A stretch of 64,000 bases of DNA from Perkinsela sp. CCAP 1560/9 (Eukaryota > Protista > Euglenozoa: Kinetoplastea), in the NCBI GenBank assembly GCA_965644495.1, contig CBFFSA010000009.1, positions 124,001-188,000 of the forward strand, in the 5' to 3' direction. This document shows positions 34,921 to 45,000 of the stretch, piece after piece. Numbering within the stretch: position 1 is the stretch's first letter; each line of letters begins with the position of its first letter. Both the position numbers and the translations under genes were made by a program. The notes under the pieces were generated by a model, which did no database searches, was not told the origin of the DNA, and saw nothing but the letters and a program-made list of their open reading frames with translations.

Positions 34921-36005
34921 ATGAATGACCCTCGATCAGGTGGGAAGTTCTGGTTTTGCCACTGTGGCACACGTTTTGTCCCACATAACCGCGCCCACCG
35001 ATTTTGCGCGAAATGCTCGCCCAATTTCTCACAACCCCCATTACATCCCACCATTCGCTCGTACCCTTCCGTCCAGCCACGCGCGGCGACGAACCCTCCA
35101 AGCCCACACAGCACTCACCAAAAATCATGTGATGCTTGCTCCTCCCCGTTCTTTCCCGCTAGGCCTTACTTTCGGTGGTGTGAGTCCTTCGCACTGTCTT
35201 GTTCAAACACTTCCCAGGGTCTCACCAAACCCTGCGAAGTGTGTTCATCCCCTTTCAGCCCTAAACGTCCCTATTTCAATCGCTGTGATGCGTGCGACTT
35301 CGAATCCCCTCATGCCCCACGAGATCACACCGGAACTCCGTCCTCGAAGCCTCCCCGATTTATGGGAACTTCAGAGCTCCCCTCACGCCCTCCTGCCAGA
35401 ACTGCAACTTACTTCGCTTCACACACCGAACGGCCGAAGAAAACATTCGTCCAAGCACTAAAGGGAGTAACGCGCAGTAACTTCCCCTTCTCCTCTAACG
35501 AAAGCGAAACCACTACGGGGAAGACGAAACACATTCTTTCATTGGAGGAACGCTTTTCCCTGTTTGAGAAGCTAAATAAAGAATCACATTCCACTCTAAA
35601 GAGAAGCCTGAAAACGGTTTCATAGCGGACATAGAGTACGAGATCCGTTCAACAGAAAAAGATCTCTCATTCGTTCAATTAGTCGCCCAGGAGCTCGTCT
35701 CCAGACACAATCTCTTTCTCGAAAACCTTAACGCAAGACGCGAGTGGCATCTCGCTCTTGCCCGAAAGCTCTCCATTACAGAGAAGAAGGGACACGTTTG
35801 CAACACCTGTTCAAAGCAACTGATGGATGCCGACCAACTGAGTGAGCACAAGAAAGTACGCCTTGAACACGACATCAAGGTTGCGTTTCGCAAAGCTATG
35901 GACGCCAAAAGAAGTATCCTGTTAGAGGAAAGCTCCGAGATTGTAGAGAAAGTAAGAGACCTTCCACCGGGAACTTCAAGCCCTCTCAAGAACGCCGTCT
36001 GCTAA
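34921..36005 (+). pseudogene. Element A N-terminal region: three Cys4-type fingers, coiled coil, C2H2 finger (frameshift near 35610)
   Basis: CHC..FVP....FCAKC; CxxCSSPFxPxRPYFxxCxx(C/F) twice; CNTC-x12-H-x3-(H/R). Confidence 0.75.
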
Positions 36006-36015
36006 CTCGCCTTTT

Positions 36016-36779
36016 ATGCAAAAGGCCGAGAGAAACATGAAGGAAACTGAATTGGAGGACTGGATCAGCCCGGGCTGGGATGAAGATCTAGATGAAGACA
36101 GCACCGTCGACGTTACAATTCGTCTCCTTCTTTGCCCATCGCCTTGGGAAAATCTCACCTTCCCAGTTGTTCCGTCTCACGCCCATCTGGATTCAGTTAG
36201 AGACAAGATCGCGCTCTGTTTGGGGCTCCGCAGTGAGCTCGTGACACTCGTTGCTTCAGCAACCGGGGCCACTATGGATCTAACCGAGAAGCTCAGCAAC
36301 ATATCGCCCCTAGTTACTTTAGGCACTGCTCTTCGGGTACCTTATAACGCCGCAAAGCCGTCAAAAAACAGAGTCCTCATTTACGGATACCCGACAGGTG
36401 AGACGCAGATCACTGTCCCCTCCAGCGTGTCTACTAACAAATTATCGGTTGCTATATGTTCACATTTAGGTATCGACCCAGAATTCGCCCCTGCGTGGTG
36501 CGAAGTGCCCTCCCCCTCAGGACCGCTCTGTTGTTTCACGCCCAGCGAGAAGTTTATAGCGAACTCAGGGTGGAGCAAGACCCAGGTAGATATCGGTCTT
36601 TTACGAGGGGGATTGGAGTGGAACCGAGGCCCCCCCCGCGTATTGCAAAACCTCACCTCGCCTGCCATAGAGCTAGAGGCCAGCACCGGGTGGACCCAAG
36701 CGAGCGTAAAAAACGAACTTGTGCGAGGCGGAGTGGAACAGAATCCGGGACCCGATACCCCGCACTCTGCACAACGATC
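36016..36779 (+). pseudogene. Element A middle region: two ubiquitin-like domains and two 2A-like motifs
   Basis: LTFPVVPSHAHLDSVRDKIALCLGL and TQITVPSSVSTNKLSVAICSHLGIDPE...LLRGG; LLRGGLEWNRGP and LVRGGVEQNPGP. Confidence 0.7.
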
Positions 36780-37151
36780 CAATCCAAAAAAATCCAAATC
36801 ATTCCGGATTGCTCCGGATGGTCACTGGCGAGCCAGACCCTTCACAGACAGATTTGGAAGTTCCGAGGCCGACGTCCTCTACCAGTTTCCGCTTGTCCAA
36901 GGCGACACCAACGTGCTGTTTCCAACACGCTGCGTCAACGAACAGCACGTCAACACGGCTTACCCAAGAGGTGTAAGCCGGGTAAGGGAGCTGGTTCCCT
37001 GAGGGGACGGTCATCCGAGTACTGGGCCTAGTCGGGTATCAGCCCAGCCTCTTAGAGTGAGGCCGCCAGGAATATTGCGATGAGCGGGTTTGAACTCGCC
37101 GTTTGAGCACCATGTGCTTCAAACTTTGAGTTCTTGCCACTCCGCCACCTC
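36780..37151 (-). mobile_element. tRNA-headed SINE inserted antisense in element A (also 42218-42589, 47656-48027, 53094-53465, 58531-58902)
   Basis: 17-bp TSD CAC(T/C)CTGCAC(A/G)ACGATC at 36763-79 and 37152-68; removal restores the frame NPGPDTPHSAQRSRLLHS...CPAEGC. Confidence 0.93.
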
Positions 37152-37629
37152 CACCCTGCACGACGATCGCGTCTTCTCCATTCCAATAATCTCTCCGAAA
37201 TCACACTTCCCCTCTTCATGCCCACAGAATCTCGTGTTTGTCCAGCGGAAGGATGCACTTGGAGTACAACGTCCCATGGAGGGCATTGGCAGGCCTTCTA
37301 TAATCACGACACGGTGACGCGGTTTCCGCACAGTGGTGGGGTGAACAAGGTCGCTTCCTCTGCAGGCCATGTAGAAAAAATTACGATATTTCAAAGCAGA
37401 CCTCACACCTTGAGAGTGTAAATTCCGAAATCACGCCTCCCCTCACCCCACTGACCCCTCCCAGTCGCCCAGCTCAACTCCAGTTCTACCCCTTAATCTC
37501 TCGGGGGTAGTGTGAAACAACGACCCACCTCTGCCGCCCTTACCTATCGTATGTGCCATCCCAATTTCGACATGCAAACAAATCCAATACCGATGCCGTC
37601 AACTTTGGGCGTCGGCTCTCTCCGAGGCG

Positions 37630-39046
37630 ATGGCTGCGGCGGGGAAGGAAAACACTACTTGCGCTTGGACCCTCCTAGCGATGCTCCCGAAGTTCGTCCT
37701 CCATGCCCCTTATCGTGGGGGCCGCAAAGGGCACACTTCGTACGCCAACCACGTTCTCAAGTGCCTAGAGCGTTGGCAAGCGCGCGAGTACGCTTCCCTA
37801 TGGTATGATGCAATTTCCTCCTTCAATAACAAGCAACATAGTTCTCCGAAAACCTCTCACAACGACGAGAAGCGAGCAGCCATTCGTACAGAGCCCCTCG
37901 CACGACAAGGCGAATTTTCTCGGGGTATGGCAGCCCTTACGGCCTCTCCGATGGCGCCCGAAAGCCCAGAAACCCTCTCAAAACTTCGAAATAAACACCC
38001 TTGTCGACTGCCCTGCCCCGCCTTTTTGACAGAATTCCTCGCCACCGAACCACCCCCAACAAAGTGCCCGCCATTGCAGCTCACGGAACAAGAAACTTCT
38101 GCCGCAGTCAAAAGCTTCCACAGAGGCTCCTCGGGAGGCACGATGGGGTTGTGCCCAGAACACATACAGGAGGCATTCTACGCGAACGTCGACTCGAATG
38201 TCAACCCACTCACGGCCCTCGCAAAGTTAGTCAACCATCTCTTGGCGGGGAAAGCTCCGCTCGAATCCCAAAACCATTTCGCAGGCGCCCGCCTCTGCGC
38301 CTTGCAGAAAGGAGAGCAAGACGTCCGCCCGATTGCTGTCGGTGAAACTCTTCGTCGCCTAGCGAGCAAAGGAGCATGTGCAGCACTCAAACTGCGAGCG
38401 CAAGCCATCTTTTGCGGAACACAATACGGCTTCGCGGTTCCTGCAGGGTCGGAACGGATGATACACCGTTGCTGAAAGACGTTCTCCGCCCACATTGACG
38501 ACCCAGACTTCGTCTTCTGTAAAGTCGATCTGGCCAACGCGTTTAACAACGTTTCTCGATCCGTTCTCATTTCCCTGGCACGCGAAAATTTCCCAGAATT
38601 ATCGGACTGGATTTCGTGGTGTTATGAGACAGACAGCTCACTCACCTACGGCCCACACACCGTTCTCTCAGCAGAAGGCGTACAGCAAGGGGGCCCGCTC
38701 GGACATCTGCTCTTCTCTCTCGTTCTTCACTTAATTACGGAAAAAATCGTTTCAGAACTCCCAGAGGACACTTTCTTTCAGTTCTGGTACCTTGATGACG
38801 GGGACTTAGCGGGTAGCCAGGCATCAGTCCGGAAGGCCCTTGGCAGTCCCCTCTAGCGAGGGGACACAACTTGGTCTTCTCCTTACCAAACAAAAATGTG
38901 AGGTAGCCCTCCACCCCGCCTCAGCGCACAACGCTGCTCTTTTCGCAGACATTCCCCCAGACAAGATAAACATTAATGGTAATTTTGATCTATTAGGAAG
39001 CCCGATTGGTTCGGCAAATCACTGCAGCGCTTTTCAGGACACGAAA
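37630..39046 (+). pseudogene. CRE-type reverse transcriptase, inactivated (TGA at 38473-75, frameshift near 38840); same lesions in all five units
   Basis: RT motifs listed above; YLDD starts at 38788. Confidence 0.95.
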
Positions 39047-42000
39047 GGAAGAGAGAGATACCAGGTTCTTGTCCGAAAGCAAAAGATCCGACTACATGTG
39101 ATACACGAGCCAAAAAGAAAAGAGAGCGAGATGGCTCTCTCAAAGCGGGGAAGGGGTCGGAAGCTGGTCCTTTGTCCTCCCATCCAGAGAGCTGGGGTAC
39201 GCCCTTACCCCTACGGAGTTCCGCACCCTGGCACGCTGGTGGCTCGGGGCAGACGTCTAAGACACCCCCCGCCCTTGCCCTAGAGACCAGTGTAAACAAC
39301 CGCTAGGATCTGATGGCCAGAATGCCCTAGCATGAAAAAGCGTCTACGGCCTCATCTCCCGGCACAACGCCCTGGTCGAGCACTTCTGCGATGTGTGCGC
39401 CAAGGCACACCTCGCCCCGCAACGAGAGGTCGGTCTAGGCAACCACGGCCCGGGCGGCGGCCCCACCAGACCGGGCCATGTCTTCCTCCCAAACTTTGGC
39501 CTAGCTACCGGTTTGGTATTGGACTTCTGCGTAACTCACGTTCAGCAACCCACATACATATACGGACTCAGTCCGAGGCGCTAACGTGTGGGAAACGCAG
39601 GATCCTTTGTCGAACGGTACGATACGGAACACAAACGTTCGGAGCGCCTCGAGGCCGAACCCCAAGGGTATAGATTCACCGGGGTGGCGGTGGAATCCTT
39701 CGGGCCCTGGTCGGAGAGCGCGCGGGGAATTCTCCGAGAAGTTGCCGAGCGCCGCTCAGCTGCCTCGAAGGGCACACTTTCGCGTGGAAAGGCCTTCCAA
39801 CGCCTCCTCACGGAAGTGAACGTGACCCTTATGCGAGCCCAAGCGCACATGTTGGTACTCCGGATGCCCGCAGAAAACCTGCGTCTTTCGTTGCGCATGA
39901 AAGGGCGCGTAAAGTGTGGAAGTAAGTTGTTGTTGTTGTTGCTAAAGCTGTGAAGTTAAAATAAAAAAACCTTCCCATATAACAAGGGAAGGGTTCACAA
40001 GTCAGGCCGAGGAGTGGTCGAAAGACCCGGTCCGGAACGAGCGAATGGATTGGGAATGAATTGCTTCTTTTTATTATTATTGTTATCAAAATCATAAATA
40101 ACTTAAGGCAGGTTGAATTAATAGTTTTGGGCTACAACATGTGAAATTGCCAATTTGATTGCTTGTTCAATCATATACCCCCCCCAATGGACCTACTTGG
40201 TTCGTCTCTTGGTAAAAATATAGAGGCAATTCCGCGTTTTATACTTCTCCCCCCCCATTTATTGCAAAAAAAAAAACAACGATAAAGATGCAGTTTCTGT
40301 GCCTTGTTGAATTATTTCTCTTTCCCTTCCTATTGACTTTACATATGAATGACCCTCGATGAATGACCCTCGATCAGGTGGGAAGTTCTGGTTTTGCCAC
40401 TGTGGCACACGTTTTGTCCCACATAACCGCGCCCACCGATTTTGCGCGAAATGCTCGCCCAATTTCTCACAACCCCCATTACATCCCACCATTCGCTCGT
40501 ACCCTTCCGTCCAGCCACGCGCGGCGACGAACCCTCCAAGCCCACACAGCACTCACCAAAAATCATGTGATGCTTGCTCCTCCCCGTTCTTTCCCGCTAG
40601 GCCTTACTTTCGGTGGTGTGAGTCCTTCGCACTGTCTTGTTCAAACACTTCCCAGGGTCTCACCAAACCCTGCGAAGTGTGTTCATCCCCTTTCAGCCCT
40701 AAACGTCCCTATTTCAATCGCTGTGATGCGTGCGACTTCGAATCCCCTCATGCCCCACGAGATCACACCGGAACTCCGTCCTCGAAGCCTCCCCGATTTA
40801 TGGGAACTTCAGAGCTCCCCTCACGCCCTCCTGCCAGAACTGCAACTTACTTCGCTTCACACACCGAACGGCCGAAGAAAACATTCGTCCAAGCACTAAA
40901 GGGAGTAACGCGCAGTAACTTCCCCTTCTCCTCTAACGAAAGCGAAACCACTACGGGGAAGACGAAACACATTCTTTCATTGGAGGAACGCTTTTCCCTG
41001 TTTGAGAAGCTAAATAAAGAATCACATTCCACTCTAAAGAGAAGCCTGAAAACGGTTTCATAGCGGACATAGAGTACGAGATCCGTTCAACAGAAAAAGA
41101 TCTCTCATTCGTTCAATTAGTCGCCCAGGAGCTCGTCTCCAGACACAATCTCTTTCTCGAAAACCTTAACGCAAGACGCGAGTGGCATCTCGCTCTTGCC
41201 CGAAAGCTCTCCATTACAGAGAAGAAGGGACACGTTTGCAACACCTGTTCAAAGCAACTGATGGATGCCGACCAACTGAGTGAGCACAAGAAAGTACGCC
41301 TTGAACACGACATCAAGGTTGCGTTTCGCAAAGCTATGGACGCCAAAAGAAGTATCCTGTTAGAGGAAAGCTCCGAGATTGTAGAGAAAGTAAGAGACCT
41401 TCCACCGGGAACTTCAAGCCCTCTCAAGAACGCCGTCTGCTAACTCGCCTTTTATGCAAAAGGCCGAGAGAAACATGAAGGAAACTGAATTGGAGGACTG
41501 GATCAGCCCGGGCTGGGATGAAGATCTAGATGAAGACAGCACCGTCGACGTTACAATTCGTCTCCTTCTTTGCCCATCGCCTTGGGAAAATCTCACCTTC
41601 CCAGTTGTTCCGTCTCACGCCCATCTGGATTCAGTTAGAGACAAGATCGCGCTCTGTTTGGGGCTCCGCAGTGAGCTCGTGACACTCGTTGCTTCAGCAA
41701 CCGGGGCCACTATGGATCTAACCGAGAAGCTCAGCAACATATCGCCCCTAGTTACTTTAGGCACTGCTCTTCGGGTACCTTATAACGCCGCAAAGCCGTC
41801 AAAAAACAGAGTCCTCATTTACGGATACCCGACAGGTGAGACGCAGATCACTGTCCCCTCCAGCGTGCCTACTAACAAATTATCGGTTGCTATATGTTCA
41901 CATTTAGGTATCGACCCAGAATTCGCCCCTGCGTGGTGCGAAGTGCCCTCCCCCTCAGGACCGCTCTGTTGTTTCACGCCCAGCGAGAAGTTTATAGCGA

Positions 42001-45000
42001 ACTCAGGGTGGAGCAAGACCCAGGTAGATATCGGTCTTTTACGAGGGGGATTGGAGTGGAACCGAGGCCCCCCCCGCGTATTGCAAAACCTCACCTCGCC
42101 TGCCATAGAGCTAGAGGCCAGCACCGGGTGGACCCAAGCGAGCGTAAAAAACGAACTTGTGCGAGGCGGAGTGGAACAGAATCCGGGACCCGATACCCCG
42201 CACTCTGCACAACGATCCAATCCAAAAAAATCCAAATCATTCCGGATTGCTCCGGATGGTCACTGGCGAGCCAGACCCTTCACAGACAGATTTGGAAGTT
42301 CCGAGGCCGACGTCCTCTACCAGTTTCCGCTTGTCCAAGGCGACACCAACGTGCTGTTTCCAACACGCTGCGTCAACGAACAGCACGTCAACACGGCTTA
42401 CCCAAGAGGTGTAAGCCGGGTAAGGGAGCTGGTTCCCTGAGGGGACGGTCATCCGAGTACTGGGCCTAGTCGGGTATCAGCCCAGCCTCTTAGAGTGAGG
42501 CCGCCAGGAATATTGCGATGAGCGGGTTTGAACTCGCCGTTTGAGCACCATGTGCTTCAAACTTTGAGTTCTTGCCACTCCGCCACCTCCACCCTGCACG
42601 ACGATCGCGTCTTCTCCATTCCAATAATCTCTCCGAAATCACACTTCCCCTCTTCATGCCCACAGAATCTCGTGTTTGTCCAGCGGAAGGATGCACTTGG
42701 AGTACAACGTCCCATGGAGGGCATTGGCAGGCCTTCTATAATCACGACACGGTGACGCGGTTTCCGCACAGTGGTGGGGTGAACAAGGTCGCTTCCTCTG
42801 CAGGCCATGTAGAAAAAATTACGATATTTCAAAGCAGACCTCACACCTTGAGAGTGTAAATTCCGAAATCACGCCTCCCCTCACCCCACTGACCCCTCCC
42901 AGTCGCCCAGCTCAACTCCAGTTCTACCCCTTAATCTCTCGGGGGTAGTGTGAAACAACGACCCACCTCTGCCGCCCTTACCTATCGTATGTGCCATCCC
43001 AATTTCGACATGCAAACAAATCCAATACCGATGCCGTCAACTTTGGGCGTCGGCTCTCTCCGAGGCGATGGCTGCGGCGGGGAAGGAAAACACTACTTGC
43101 GCTTGGACCCTCCTAGCGATGCTCCCGAAGTTCGTCCTCCATGCCCCTTATCGTGGGGGCCGCAAAGGGCACACTTCGTACGCCAACCACGTTCTCAAGT
43201 GCCTAGAGCGTTGGCAAGCGCGCGAGTACGCTTCCCTATGGTATGATGCAATTTCCTCCTTCAATAACAAGCAACATAGTTCTCCGAAAACCTCTCACAA
43301 CGACGAGAAGCGAGCAGCCATTCGTACAGAGCCCCTCGCACGACAAGGCGAATTTTCTCGGGGTATGGCAGCCCTTACGGCCTCTCCGATGGCGCCCGAA
43401 AGCCCAGAAACCCTCTCAAAACTTCGAAATAAACACCCTTGTCGACTGCCCTGCCCCGCCTTTTTGACAGAATTCCTCGCCACCGAACCACCCCCAACAA
43501 AGTGCCCGCCATTGCAGCTCACGGAACAAGAAACTTCTGCCGCAGTCAAAAGCTTCCACAGAGGCTCCTCGGGAGGCACGATGGGGTTGTGCCCAGAACA
43601 CATACAGGAGGCATTCTACGCGAACGTCGACTCGAATGTCAACCCACTCACGGCCCTCGCAAAGTTAGTCAACCATCTCTTGGCGGGGAAAGCTCCGCTC
43701 GAATCCCAAAACCATTTCGCAGGCGCCCGCCTCTGCGCCTTGCAGAAAGGAGAGCAAGACGTCCGCCCGATTGCTGTCGGTGAAACTCTTCGTCGCCTAG
43801 CGAGCAAAGGAGCATGTGCAGCACTCAAACTGCGAGCGCAAGCCATCTTTTGCGGAACACAATACGGCTTCGCGGTTCCTGCAGGGTCGGAACGGATGAT
43901 ACACCGTTGCTGAAAGACGTTCTCCGCCCACATTGACGACCCAGACTTCGTCTTCTGTAAAGTCGATCTGGCCAACGCGTTTAACAACGTTTCTCGATCC
44001 GTTCTCATTTCCCTGGCACGCGAAAATTTCCCAGAATTATCGGACTGGATTTCGTGGTGTTATGAGACAGACAGCTCACTCACCTACGGCCCACACACCG
44101 TTCTCTCAGCAGAAGGCGTACAGCAAGGGGGCCCGCTCGGACATCTGCTCTTCTCTCTCGTTCTTCACTTAATTACGGAAAAAATCGTTTCAGAACTCCC
44201 AGAGGACACTTTCTTTCAGTTCTGGTACCTTGATGACGGGGACTTAGCGGGTAGCCAGGCATCAGTCCGGAAGGCCCTTGGCAGTCCCCTCTAGCGAGGG
44301 GACACAACTTGGTCTTCTCCTTACCAAACAAAAATGTGAGGTAGCCCTCCACCCCGCCTCAGCGCACAACGCTGCTCTTTTCGCAGACATTCCCCCAGAC
44401 AAGATAAACATTAATGGTAATTTTGATCTATTAGGAAGCCCGATTGGTTCGGCAAATCACTGCAGCGCTTTTCAGGACACGAAAGGAAGAGAGAGATACC
44501 AGGTTCTTGTCCGAAAGCAAAAGATCCGACTACATGTGATACACGAGCCAAAAAGAAAAGAGAGCGAGATGGCTCTCTCAAAGCGGGGAAGGGGTCGGAA
44601 GCTGGTCCTTTGTCCTCCCATCCAGAGAGCTGGGGTACGCCCTTACCCCTACGGAGTTCCGCACCCTGGCACGCTGGTGGCTCGGGGCAGACGTCTAAGA
44701 CACCCCCCGCCCTTGCCCTAGAGACCAGTGTAAACAACCGCTAGGATCTGATGGCCAGAATGCCCTAGCATGAAAAAGCGTCTACGGCCTCATCTCCCGG
44801 CACAACGCCCTGGTCGAGCACTTCTGCGATGTGTGCGCCAAGGCACACCTCGCCCCGCAACGAGAGGTCGGTCTAGGCAACCACGGCCCGGGCGGCGGCC
44901 CCACCAGACCGGGCCATGTCTTCCTCCCAAACTTTGGCCTAGCTACCGGTTTGGTATTGGACTTCTGCGTAACTCACGTTCAGCAACCCACATACATATA

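Larger units (their letters stand above)
34837..39046 (+). mobile_element. CRE-clade non-LTR retrotransposon A, 3'-truncated at the array junction (also in units 2-4)
   Basis: Zn-finger N-terminus, Ub-like/2A region and RT with VRPIAVGETLRRL, QYG, KVDLANAFN, GVQQGGPLGHLLF, WYLDDG. Confidence 0.93.

Noticed and set aside
34837-34960. Functional SL RNA gene, or the array as an SL RNA gene array
   Set aside because: No GT donor, intron or T-tract terminator follows the exon, and it has substitutions in the conserved 3' half.
36780-37002. C-terminal 74 aa of the 328-aa ORF as a protein domain
   Set aside because: It is read-through into the antisense SINE; removing the SINE restores the real frame.
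38473-38475. TGA recoding or read-through in the RT, since all five units share the stop
   Set aside because: Sharing is explained by DNA amplification. TGAs fall at positions that appear to be Arg (RT) and Cys (knuckle of B), frameshifts coexist, and intact LRR genes use TGA as stop.
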